The notes: a model not told the origin generated them from the letters alone. A DNA stretch of 64,000 nt from Diplonema japonicum (GCA_964019335.1 OZ025712.1:62001-126000); one strand, 5' to 3'; positions 31,725-42,410 are shown, numbered from the stretch's first letter. Program-made: numbers and translations.

Positions 31725-32645
31725 TTACGGCTTGATGGCAGGGATGAACCTGTTCTCAGAGGGGTCGTGGGGGCACACACGGCACCTGTTCTGAACAGGC
31801 CAGGGACCGTGGGGCTTGTGGGGCTTGGGGCACATGTGCCTCTGGCACTCCCCGTTCTGCCAAGCACACTCACCAGGGAGAGTGTTCCAGCAAGAGTCCT
31901 CGTCGCCGTAAGAGGCGCAGTTCGCAGTGGCGGGTGAGTAGGCGAAGAAAGTGAACGCCATGAGCTCAGGTGCCTTCACCACATCGGTTGTACCCTCCGC
32001 CGCGAGCTTGTGGTAGATAACAAGGTTGTGAAGGTGGCTGTCCACATTCACGTCCAAGTCCATCACCGTCCCACAGCGGTAGGGGGTGAACCCGTCAGCG
32101 AGGAGGATCGCTTCGATGTTCCCACCGTCCTCGTACTGGCAAGGGGGGCAGCTGTACACCATCACGAAGTGGTCACACATCTTCCCCACACCACCAAACC
32201 CGGTCACACAGTCCATGTGCATCTCGTAGTTCTCCTTCGTGCGAACAGAAGGAACCTGTCCCCACCTCCCGATCATCGTGGGGGGGAAGTTGTAGAACCT
32301 CGAGTCGTCCATGTCGATGTAGCCCTTCATCCCGTCAAGGATACGTGTCACCTTGGTCCCGCTGCTGGGGGCACTGGGGTCGGGGTTGATCTGGTGCCCC
32401 ACTCCAAAACCGGCATTCGGGTTGGACATGATGCAGTCGTCCGCGCTGCTGACACCACTGCTCCCACCACAGGGGATCCTGCAGCTCTCCCCATCAGCTC
32501 GCACACATCGACCGTTCACCCTCTTCGCACCACCAAGACACATGTAACTGTCGCACGAGCCTTCTTGAGTCCCGCTCATCCCGTTCCCAGCTGCACTCCC
32601 TGCAAAGGCAAGTGCCATCACTGCGAGCATCTTTCCGTGGGTCAT
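31725..32645 (-). CDS. Secreted Cys-rich protein, type A, array 2
   Basis: Protein identical to 7981-8901. Confidence 0.85.
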   Translation of the reverse strand: MTHGKMLAVMALAFAGSAAGNGMSGTQEGSCDSYMCLGGAKRVNGRCVRADGESCRIPCGGSSGVSSADDCIMSNPNAGFGVGHQINPDPSAPSSGTKVTRILDGMKGYIDMDDSRFYNFPPTMIGRWGQVPSVRTKENYEMHMDCVTGFGGVGKMCDHFVMVYSCPPCQYEDGGNIEAILLADGFTPYRCGTVMDLDVNVDSHLHNLVIYHKLAAEGTTDVVKAPELMAFTFFAYSPATANCASYGDEDSCWNTLPGECAWQNGECQRHMCPKPHKPHGPWPVQNRCRVCPHDPSENRFIPAIKP

Positions 32646-33188
32646 GTTGTTGTTGTGTTGTTGTTGTGTGTGAAAACTGTTGGTTGTTCTATTGACCGAT
32701 CTTTCGTTGGGACTAGTATACTATAAAGAGTAGCTTCGAATATCGAGAAACAGAGAGGAATAATCAAAAGGGGAAACAAATAGAGAAGTGGGGGACGAGT
32801 GCACCCCAACGGACTGCGGGCAGGGAGAGGGCCTGCCCGAGATATTGATTTTTTTTTTTAAAGTAATATTGCTCTTAATAACAGAAATAAGAAAAGGGGG
32901 ACGAATGCACCCCAACGGACTACGGGCAGAGGACCTGCCCGATGAGCTAATTTTTTTTAGAAAGTGTGTCCTTCAATCTGTTGAGTCATGCTGAACGGAG
33001 GGAGCTCACTCCAGCTTCCGTAACACAGCTGACCTAAGATGTATGTGGTTATAGAAAAGAGAGGAAAGATAGGAAAGAAAGTGAATTCAGAAGAATGATG
33101 AAATGAATGAGGTTCGTTGTGGACTACGATGTCTCCAAGATGGCAAGGACGCCGCCTTGACCCTGCGTTGGTCCTGATACCACCCAGC

Positions 33189-34106
33189 TTACGGCTTGAT
33201 GGCAGGGATGAACCTGTCCTCAGAGGGGTCATGGGGGCACACACGGCACCTGTCCTGCACGTTCCAAGGGCCGTGAGGCTTGCTGGGCTTGGGGCACATG
33301 TGCCTCTGGCACTCCCCGTTCTGCCAAGCACACTCACCAGGGAGAGTGTTCCAGCAAGAGTCTTCGTCGCCGTAAGAGGCGCAGTTCGCAGTGGCGGGTG
33401 AGTAGGCGAAGAAGGTGAACGCCATGAGCTCAGGTGCCTTCACCACATCGGTTGTACCCTCCGCCGCGAGCTTGTGGTAGATAACAAGGTTGTGAAGGTG
33501 GCTGTCCACATTCACGTCCAAGTCCATCACCGTCCCACAGCGGTAGGGGGTGAACCCGTCAGCGAGGAGGATCGCCTGGATGTTCCCACCGTCCTCGTAC
33601 TGGCAAGGGGGGCAGCTGTACACCATCACGAAGTGGTCACACATCTTCCCCACACCACCAAACCCGGTCACACAGTCCATGTGCATCTCGTAGTTCTCCT
33701 TCGTGCGAACAGAAGGAACCTGTCCCCACCTCCCGATCATCGTGGGGGGGAAGTTGTAGAACCTCGAGTCGTCCATGTCGGTGAAACCCTTCATCCCGTT
33801 GATGATGCGTGTTGCCTTGGTCCCGCTGCTGGGGGCACTGGGGTCGGGGTTGATCTCATGACCCACTCCGAAACCTGCATTCGGGTTGGACACGATGCAG
33901 TCGTCCGCGCTGCTGACACCACTGCTCCCACCACAGGGGATCCTGCAGCTCTGACCGTCGTCTCGCACGCAACGCCCGTTCACCCTCTTCGCACCAAGAC
34001 AGGTGAAGGTGTCACACGAGCCTTCTTGAGTCCCGCTCATCCCGTTCCCAGCTGCACTCCCTGCAAAGGCAAGTGCCATCACTGCGAGCATCTTTCCGTG
34101 GGTCAT
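33189..34106 (-). CDS. Secreted Cys-rich protein, type B, array 2
   Basis: Protein identical to 9445-10362. Confidence 0.85.
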   Translation of the reverse strand: MTHGKMLAVMALAFAGSAAGNGMSGTQEGSCDTFTCLGAKRVNGRCVRDDGQSCRIPCGGSSGVSSADDCIVSNPNAGFGVGHEINPDPSAPSSGTKATRIINGMKGFTDMDDSRFYNFPPTMIGRWGQVPSVRTKENYEMHMDCVTGFGGVGKMCDHFVMVYSCPPCQYEDGGNIQAILLADGFTPYRCGTVMDLDVNVDSHLHNLVIYHKLAAEGTTDVVKAPELMAFTFFAYSPATANCASYGDEDSCWNTLPGECAWQNGECQRHMCPKPSKPHGPWNVQDRCRVCPHDPSEDRFIPAIKP

Positions 34107-34636
34107 GTTGTTGTTGTGTTGTTGTTGTGTGTGAAAACTGATGGTTGTTGCATTGACCGATCTTTCGTTCGTTAATATAATATTTGTGTATATAAAAGAG
34201 TAACTTCGAATATCGAGAAACAGAGAGGGAATAATCAAAAGGGGAAACAAAAGAGGAGTGGGGGACGAGTGCACCCCAACGGACTGCGGGCAGGGAGAGG
34301 GCCTGCCCGAGATATTGATTTTTTTTTTAAAGTTTAGAAAACCGATATTGTTCATAACAAAAGAAATGGGGGACGATTGCACCCCTACGGATTGTGGGCA
34401 GATTGTGCCCGAGAACCTTTTTTTTGAATATTAAATTTGTCATAGATCTTCAATCTGCTGAGTCATGCTGAACGGAGGGAGCTCACTCCAGCTTCCGTAA
34501 CACAGCTGACGTATGATGTTTGTAGTCATAGAAAAGAGAGGAAAAATAGGAAAGAGGTTTTGAAAAGTGGATTCAGAGGATGAAATGAATGAGGTTGTTT
34601 GTCTGCTCTCATAGGTTGGTCTTGATACCACCCAGC

Positions 34637-35557
34637 TTACGGCTTGATGGCAGGGATGAACCTGTCCTCAGAGGGGTCATGGGGGCACACACGGCACCTG
34701 TCCTGAACAGGCCAGGGACCGTGGGGTTTGTGGGGCTTGGGGCACATGTGCCTCTGGCACTCCCCGTTCTGCCAAGCACACTCACCAGGGAGAGTGTTCC
34801 AGCAAGAGTCCTCATCACCGTAAGAGGCGCAGTTCGCAGTGGCGGGTGAGTAGGCGAAGAAAGTGAACGCCATGAGCTCAGGTGCCTTCACCACATCGGT
34901 TGTACCCTCCGCCGCGAGCTTGTGGTAGATAACAAGGTTGTGAAGGTGGCTGTCCACATTCACGTCCAAGTCCATCACCGTCCCACAGCGGTAGGGGGTG
35001 AACCCGTCAGCGAGGAGGATCGCTTCGATGTTCCCACCGTCCTCGTACTGGCAAGGGGGGCAGCTGTACACCATCACGAAGTGGTCACACATCTTCCCCA
35101 CACCACCAAACCCGGTCACACAGTCCATGTGCATCTCGTAGTTCTCCTTCGTGCGAACAGAAGGAACCTGTCCCCACCTCCCGATCATCGTGGGGGGGAA
35201 GTTGTAGAACCTCGAGTCGTCCATGTCGATGTAGCCCTTCATCCCGTCAAGGATACGTGTCACCTTGGTCCCGCTGCTGGGGGCACTGGGGTCGGGGTTG
35301 ATCTGGTGCCCCACTCCAAAACCGGCATTCGGGTTGGACATGATGCAGTCGTCCGCGCTGCTGACACCACTGCTCCCACCACAGGGGATCCTGCAGCTCT
35401 CCCCATCAGCTCGCACACATCGACCGTTCACCCTCTTCGCACCACCAAGACACATGTAACTGTCGCACGAGCCTTCTTGAGTCCCGCTCATCCCGTTCCC
35501 AGCTGCACTCCCTGCAAAGGCAAGTGCCATCACTGCGAGCATCTTTCCGTGGGTCAT
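34637..35557 (-). CDS. Secreted Cys-rich protein, type A, array 2
   Basis: Intact paralog; ATG at 35557. Confidence 0.85.
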   Translation of the reverse strand: MTHGKMLAVMALAFAGSAAGNGMSGTQEGSCDSYMCLGGAKRVNGRCVRADGESCRIPCGGSSGVSSADDCIMSNPNAGFGVGHQINPDPSAPSSGTKVTRILDGMKGYIDMDDSRFYNFPPTMIGRWGQVPSVRTKENYEMHMDCVTGFGGVGKMCDHFVMVYSCPPCQYEDGGNIEAILLADGFTPYRCGTVMDLDVNVDSHLHNLVIYHKLAAEGTTDVVKAPELMAFTFFAYSPATANCASYGDEDSCWNTLPGECAWQNGECQRHMCPKPHKPHGPWPVQDRCRVCPHDPSEDRFIPAIKP

Positions 35558-36139
35558 GTTGTTGTTGTGTTGTGTTAAGCTGTGTAAGTTCCCATAGACA
35601 TCATGGACGGCTTGCATGGCATCGCATGCAGAGTGGAAATGTGAATCCCTGGGATCCTATGAAAACGTACATAGGTAGCGCAGAAGAATGCAACCAGACT
35701 GCTAATATACTACAAGCTGGATTAGCAAGAAGAAAAATGAATAGTATAGAACTTCGAATATCGAGGAAACAGAGAGGTGGAACAAAAGGGGAACTAATAA
35801 ATGGGGGACGGATGCACCCCTACGGAATGCGGACAGGGAAATGGAGGGACTTGTCCAGCATGTTGTTTTTTTGTTTTCTTTTTCTTGAAATTGTATTGTG
35901 ATAATCTTGTATGTCACTTTAAAATTCTTGAGTCATGCTTCAAAGAGGGAGGTCACTCCGAGCTACTTTGAAAGCTGACGTGACATATCTTCACAAAAAA
36001 AAAAAAATGTAATGATAGGAAAGAGTAGTAGGTAGGGAGCGGCTTATTAACCCCAGATCTTTAACCTGCTCATGGAGGAAGAGCTATCTTAAACCTACTC
36101 ACGAGAGGAAGAGTATCAGTCAAGCGCACTCTTAGATTC

Positions 36140-37066
36140 TCACTTCTTGATGGCAGGGATGAACCTGTCCTCAGAGGGGTCATGGGGGCACACACGGCAC
36201 CTGTTCTGAACAGGCCAGGGACCACGGGGCTTGTGGGGCTTTTTGCACAAGTGCCTCTGGCACTCCCCGTTCTGCCAAGCACACTCACCAGGGAGAGTGT
36301 TCCAGCAAGAGTCCTCGTCGCCGTAAGAGGCGCAGTTCGCGGTGGCGGGTGAGTAGGCGAAGAAGGTGAACTCCATAAGCTTGGGTGCCTTCACCACATC
36401 GGTCTCACCCTCCGCCGCGAGCTTGTGGTAGATAACAAGGTTGTGAAGGTGGCTGTCCACATTCACGTCCAAGTCCATCACCGTCCCACAGCGGTAGGGG
36501 GTGAACCCGTCAGCGAGGAGGATCGCCTGGATGTTCCCACCGTCCTCGTACTGGCAAGGGGGGCAGCTGTACACCATCACGAAATGGTCACACATCTTCC
36601 CTTCACCACCGTAGCCGGTCACACAGTCCATGTGCATCTCGTAACCTGCCTCAGTGCGGACAGTTGGGACCTGTCCCCACCTCCCGATCATCGTGGGGGG
36701 GAAGTTGGAGAACCTCGAGTCACGCATGTCGGTGAAGCCCTTCATCCCTTCGATGATACGTGTTGCCTTGGTCCCGCTGCTGGGAGCACTGGGGTCGGGG
36801 TTGATTTCAAGCCCCGCTGGAAGCGAGAGGCCTGTCCCGAAGCCCGCCTTCGAAAGGGACAAGATGCAGTCGTCCGCACTGTTGGTACCGCCACAGGGGA
36901 TCCTGCAGCTCTCCCCATCAGCTCGCACGCAACGCCCGTTCACCTTCTCCGCACCAAGACACATAAAGGTGTCACACGAGCCTTCTTGAGTTCCGCTCAT
37001 CCTGTTCTCGGCCGCAGTCCCCGCAAAGGCAAGCGCCATCACTGCGAGCATCTTCCCGTGGGTCAT
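36140..37066 (-). CDS. Secreted Cys-rich protein, type C, array 2
   Basis: Near-identical to 13167-14093. Confidence 0.85.
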   Translation of the reverse strand: MTHGKMLAVMALAFAGTAAENRMSGTQEGSCDTFMCLGAEKVNGRCVRADGESCRIPCGGTNSADDCILSLSKAGFGTGLSLPAGLEINPDPSAPSSGTKATRIIEGMKGFTDMRDSRFSNFPPTMIGRWGQVPTVRTEAGYEMHMDCVTGYGGEGKMCDHFVMVYSCPPCQYEDGGNIQAILLADGFTPYRCGTVMDLDVNVDSHLHNLVIYHKLAAEGETDVVKAPKLMEFTFFAYSPATANCASYGDEDSCWNTLPGECAWQNGECQRHLCKKPHKPRGPWPVQNRCRVCPHDPSEDRFIPAIKK

Positions 37067-37403
37067 GTTGTTTGTTATTTTATGAAGCTGTGTTTAAATA
37101 AACGAAAGAGGTAGCAAAAACTAGGAAACGAGGTGAACGATCTGGGGGGGGGGGGGGGGGGGGGGGCGAGAGGGAGCTTGCTTCATTCGTTGTTTCTTCT
37201 TTTATTTTTTGAAAAAAAAAGAAATCTCTATTCTTATCTCCCTCCCCCGTTCTGTAAACACTAAAAAAACAAAGAACAAAAAAACTTATGGAAACAAAAG
37301 AAAAAAAAAAGAGGCCTACCTCCCTCTCCCTCCCCTCCTTATTTTTTTTTTTTTTTCAGAATGGTAATACACGTAACCCAACCTCTTGCCACCCACCCTA
37401 TCG

Positions 37404-38546
37404 TCACCATTCACCGTCTGGCTCAGGATCGAGAAGATCGCGGTGAAGCCTGACTAACGTGTTCCAGACATAAAATTGAGCGACAGTGAAAGGACCAACT
37501 TTGAGCCAGGTCGCAAGGTAGCCTTTGAAAAGCGCAAGCTGAGAAGAGGGGGAAAATATTATTTTTCTTTTGTCTTCTCAATATTCCCCTCATACCGGTC
37601 CTTCGTGCTTAACAGTCTTGACTAAACAGTCCATGAAGCCGGTGTACTCATTGCCTTGTTGGGCCATGAGCCGTGTCTTGATCACGTCAAGAGGTGCACC
37701 AACCCCAGCGCTGATGAACCCTGTAAGAAAGTGTTTAAAAAAAAGAAAAACTCAAATGGGGGAAGGGGGTATGGTCAGTCCTAGGTACATATCTCGCACC
37801 ACCCTTCAATGGCTCCTACTAGCGTCCCAGCAGGTTGGAGAGTACTATTCCCGACCAGAGAAAAAAAAAAGAAACCACATACCGGAGCTTACCGATGCAA
37901 AAAGTAATGACACCAATGGGGAACATCCCAGGTGCATCTCGCCCCATTCGCGGAGCACATCGTAGACTGACAGCTGTGTAGCGTGCACGATGGCTGAACG
38001 CTGGACAGAGGCACCGAGACCGCCCATGAGGCCTTCTGGTCTTTGGCGTTGTTCCCGCCGCCATGTCGATTTGAGGTTTTCATAAGAGTGGTTGGAGAAG
38101 CCTTTCAAAAGCTGCGGAAAAGTCGGGCATCGTTCACGGGGAAGGGCTTGGATGACCACCTTGCACCGCTCGAGGGGGTTCGACAGGACTGTGGCAACAA
38201 CTCCGCTGGCAGATGCGATGACAGTGCGCTGCGTGAAAGAGACCTCTGTAGGGTCCGCTGCCGAGAAGCCCTTTAACATTTCATATGCCTGCAGACGCAC
38301 TGAACTGTAGACGAATTGATGTCCCGCGGCGACCATGGAACCCCGCCACAGCCCCGACCACCCGCTAGCGCCGATCACATCCCGGACCACCATCCACCCC
38401 CTGGGCCGTGTCCGCATGTCCACGAAAAAGCCCCCTTTGTGTAGTTGCAGACGTATCTTCACCACGTCAACTGGGTTTGTGAGCAGTTGCCCCGCGACAC
38501 CCCCTAGACCGCCGTACAGCGCTCCAAATATCCATTCGCTTACCAT
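37404..38546 (-). CDS. Mitochondrial carrier (SLC25, UCP/dicarboxylate-like); introns 37721-37882 and 37539-37595
   Basis: Three carrier signatures after splicing: PVDVVKIRLQ, PLERCKVVIQ and PLDVIKTRLM. Also YTGFMDC..KHEGPLALFKG. Confidence 0.9.
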
Positions 38547-38653
38547 TGCCTGACTTTACACCTTCGCGCGCATGTTGGTGTGTTTGGTAAGCTTGTTGAT
38601 ATTATTCGTGAGGGAGGGAAAAAGGGGAAGGCCGAAAAAAAAAAAAGATCTAA

Positions 38654-40027
38654 TCAAGCTTGATTGCTCGCCAGGTAAACAGACGGGCTTACCACGACCG
38701 TGTCGGCCATGCCCCGCACCTCGCGGTGCACGCGTGTGAACCGTTGCTCGACCGTCTCGTCCAGGGGCACAGGGGGGCTTGGGGTGGTGTCTTCACGTTC
38801 TTTGAGCGCCTTCATCAGTTTTGCTATCTTGTCCTTCAGGATGATCTCGTGTGTTTTGAAGACAACCTCTTGCTCCTCTTTCTCTCTCTGGGCAGTAAAG
38901 CAACTGTTCTCAACCTTCCCCAACCTGTCGCGTAACCTGTCAGCGTCCTCGGAGCGCGACTGGGCAGTCCCTAGCTTCACAACGAGTTCGGAGTTTTCGG
39001 CTACCAACCGTTGCTTGTGTGCAGTCTCACGTGATGCGTCGTCTTTTGCGCTGAGCACCACCTGCCGCATGTCCTCCCTCTCCATCTCGCATCTCTCCTT
39101 TGCTTCTTTCAGTAGTTTCGTCCGTTTTCTTCCTTGTTTCTCGAGTATCCTGTGCACCCAGAGCTGCCTCTGTACCGAGATAGCGTCCCTCTCCCGAACT
39201 TCGTTTTCAAAAGTTAGCTGACGTTCTATTTGCTGCATGCGAGTGGCTGCTTGGGACACTGCCTCCCTTAGGCACTGCGCCTCATGTTCCAAACCCCATA
39301 TTACAGACGCAGACTCTTCTAGGGGGTTAGGTGGCTCTTCTTCTGTCATGGTCCACATCTCTGCGGTGACGGGTGCAGTCCCTACACCCTTGTCTTTGCA
39401 GCGTGGGGGCAACGTGGTGATAACCACACTGAGGGCAGCGGCGGCTGCGGCTGCGAAGCAGTAGTTCAGGTTCTCGTCCGCGACGATGGGATGGATGCCT
39501 AGTTTTTCATGTTCCTTGTTCCCCGTTTTTTCAACCCCGACACGGGCTGACCGCGGAGCAGACTCTGGCGTCGTTGCGCTGCTGTAGGTAGTAAGGGAAC
39601 CATGCCCCTGTGGGTACCGACCAGGTGTGCTGATGGAAGTCATAGTAGTCGTATCAAAGGAAAGGGTGCTGGAGAGATTCCAGCGGCTTTTGTACACAGG
39701 AGTTGGAACAGACGACCGGGAATGGGAAGCTGGAGTAGAGGTGCACTTACAAGGGGTGGTGTGGCACGAACTGCAACTGCACACTGACGATGACAAGACA
39801 GCAGAAGAAACAGTGTGGGAAGCAGTAGGGGAGGAAGAAGACAGCGGCGGTGTAGTAGTGGCATACGAGTGCTGGCACAGCGCGCTCACAGTCACCTCGC
39901 AACTGCAACAGCTGCACCCCTCGCCTTGTGATGCCGTGCACTCATCTTCTTGTCTCTCAGTCCACATCTTTCTGTCCAACAACACTGCCCCCTGCACCCT
40001 TGGGCTTGCAAGGTGGCGTGGGAACAT
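38654..40027 (-). CDS. Hypothetical protein, Ser/Thr/Cys-rich N-half and coiled-coil C-half
   Basis: Long ORF; ATG at 40027 just downstream of a CAG. Confidence 0.65.
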   Translation of the reverse strand: MFPRHLASPRVQGAVLLDRKMWTERQEDECTASQGEGCSCCSCEVTVSALCQHSYATTTPPLSSSSPTASHTVSSAVLSSSVCSCSSCHTTPCKCTSTPASHSRSSVPTPVYKSRWNLSSTLSFDTTTMTSISTPGRYPQGHGSLTTYSSATTPESAPRSARVGVEKTGNKEHEKLGIHPIVADENLNYCFAAAAAAALSVVITTLPPRCKDKGVGTAPVTAEMWTMTEEEPPNPLEESASVIWGLEHEAQCLREAVSQAATRMQQIERQLTFENEVRERDAISVQRQLWVHRILEKQGRKRTKLLKEAKERCEMEREDMRQVVLSAKDDASRETAHKQRLVAENSELVVKLGTAQSRSEDADRLRDRLGKVENSCFTAQREKEEQEVVFKTHEIILKDKIAKLMKALKEREDTTPSPPVPLDETVEQRFTRVHREVRGMADTVVVSPSVYLASNQA

Positions 40028-40263
40028 CCTGCCCTGCAATGAAAAGTTGTTTATAAGGTGTAGGGGGGCGGAAGGCAATCGTTTCTTTTTCTTTTTTTCT
40101 TCGTTTCCCATTCCAAATAACACAAAGGGGGGAGGGGGGGGACGAGAAAACATAGAAGGGAAAGGAGAAAAAAAAAAAAAAGAAAACAATACACACACAC
40201 TGCAAGAGAAAATAAAAATACCAAAAGAAATGCCACACGAAGGGATCCTTTTTTTTTTTTTTT

Positions 40264-40786
40264 TTATTCAACATCGGCGGAAGGGTCGGCGTGTTGCGAC
40301 GATTCTAGTGCGTTGGAGGGTGGTGGGGTTGGTGCCGATGGTGTAACCCATTCCTCTGCCTTCTTTTGTTGCGAATCGTTGCTGGCCTTCAAAGGGCCAT
40401 ATTGCGCTTCGGCATATTTTTGGGTTTTTTCCAACCGTTCATTTGCCTGGTGCAGTTTGGCTGCGACAGTGGTGGTTCGTTTTTTTATTTCATTCAATTT
40501 CTGAATATAAGCCCCAACCTGGGGAAGTTGCGCACACTGGCAAGAGTCTTCTAATTTTTTTTTCAGGTGTTTGATGCACTCATCCAGTTCTGTTTGGCTT
40601 TTTTGCACCTGGTGAATGGTTTCTGTGTGTTGTTTTGCTAGCGGCTCCAGCATCTGTAAGATTATTGTTTCTGAAAAAAAAAAAAAAAAAAAAAACCCAT
40701 ACCTGAGCCATCCCTGCTGCAAAAGTGTGCTCCGTCATCACTCGATCTTCTAGGAGTTGGTTTGGGGAGGTGCCCGGAGATGCCAT
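40264..40786 (-). CDS. SNAPIN: Snapin (BLOC-1/BORC subunit); intron 40654-40702
   Basis: The spliced product FAAGMAQMLEP..IHQVQKSQTEL...YIQKLNEIKKR...LHQANERL matches Snapin FAEGL.E.L.P..V..V.ESQ.EL..YVKKL.N..RR...LQ.AQERL. Confidence 0.8.
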
Positions 40787-41081
40787 TTTTTTTTATTCTT
40801 TTTTTTTCTTTTAAAAAAAAGTTTTCCCTGGGTTTCTTCTTTTAAAGAGGGAGGGGGGCGAAACGACAAAAAAGGGGGGATTTGTGGGGACCAAAAGTAA
40901 GTACAGCAACAAAAAAAAAAAAAAAATGAACGAAAAAAAGAAAGAAAAAAAAAACCAAAGTTAGCATGATGATGTTCCCTCTTTTTTTTCTTTTTCGATC
41001 CGACCGAATGAAACAAAAAAAAAATCGGTCCGAAGAAAAAGAAAAAAATCCCTCCATTCTCTCACACAACCTAGTGTGTGT

Positions 41082-41138
<57 letters not shown>

Positions 41139-41300
41139 CTTTTTTACCATTCTCGAGAAAAAAAAAGGAGAGAAAAAAAAATATGGACACTTTTTTTTTC
41201 CCCCCGCCCCACATTCCTTTTGTTTGTGATGCATGCCCAATATCAATCAGACCACAACCCCTCAAAATATTTTTCTTCTCCCCCCCCCACCCACCCATTA

Positions 41301-42235
41301 TTATTGACTGGCTTGCTGTTGTTCCTCTTGGCTGAATTTCATAACGTACTTGGACCCCGCCTCCACAAGGAAAACCACTTGGTAGAAAATGAAGCTGTTT
41401 TTTTTTTTTTTTTTTTTTTGTCCCCCTTCAAATACCTCCCAAAGTAGAGGTACAGGAATATCTGTGTCGCCATGTAAGGCACAACCGGCCCAACGACAAA
41501 AAAAGCCAAAGGATAGAGCGTTTCCTTCAACCAAGTCGTCCGTGAGGCACGCATGTAGAACAACAGGTTGTACCACAGCTGGAAGGTACCACGGCGCTCC
41601 TGTAAAAAAAAGAAAAAAAAAAGAATATGTTTTACCCCTCACACCCCACCCCTCCACACCTTGAGCTCGGGAAGGAGCTCCTTCAACTCCACAAAATCCA
41701 CCATCAACTTGTTGTAATGCGACAGCAAGTAGCAAAGGAACAACACGTAGTTCGCCGGAAGCATCAACCTAGTCGACAGCAACACAAGAGCAGCGTGCGG
41801 TGTCACTAAGAACAACACTGCTATTATATAGAATGTGGCAAGAGGCCATGTGGCCCCTCCGTAATAAGCCAGGATGCTGCTTAGGGAATCGCTGTCGAAC
41901 AACGACATGTACAGGAACCCAACACGCGGGGACCATTCAAACATGGCACCTAGATACAGGATTTTGTAGCTGTGTTTTCTCGCGTACTCCCAGAAATCGG
42001 GCTCGGCCTGCGGTGTGCACAGGCATTTTCCCCTTAGCAGATCGAGGTGTGCTAGAATTTTGGCCCGGTGGACCGGGTTGGTCACCGTCAAAAAGGACAG
42101 ATCTGTTTCCCTTAGGTAAAACAGGGTTGGGCCGTCAACAGAGTTGGCTTTGAAAGCCTTGTAATATTCCGGATACCGAACTGTGCTGTTCAGCCAAACA
42201 CCGACCTCGTATTCTGTGTTTTTTTTTTTTTTTCC

Positions 42236-42270
<35 letters not shown>

Positions 42271-42410
42271 TTTATACCATCCCAGGTCACCGGATGACTG
42301 GGCAGTAATTCGATTCTTATATCAACAGTACTCGGTGAAAAATACCAAACCCCCGTCCCCACAAGCCCCAGGACTGCTACTACTGCCGGTATTATAATTT
42401 TTAAATTCAT
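41301..42410 (-). CDS. SAM-domain multi-pass membrane protein (BFAR-like, no RING); introns 42214-42277, 41600-41659, 41395-41435
   Basis: Spliced SAM domain WDEYEVGVWL..PEY..AF..NSVDGPTL..L.ETDL...NPVHRAKIL. It is followed by DFWEY..SPR..FLY..LFD as in BFAR, plus TM helices. Confidence 0.72.

Larger units (their letters stand above)
31399..34664. repeat. Direct duplication (~3.27 kb) of 7654-10920
   Basis: Near-identical, including spacers, at an offset of ~23,744. Confidence 0.93.
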
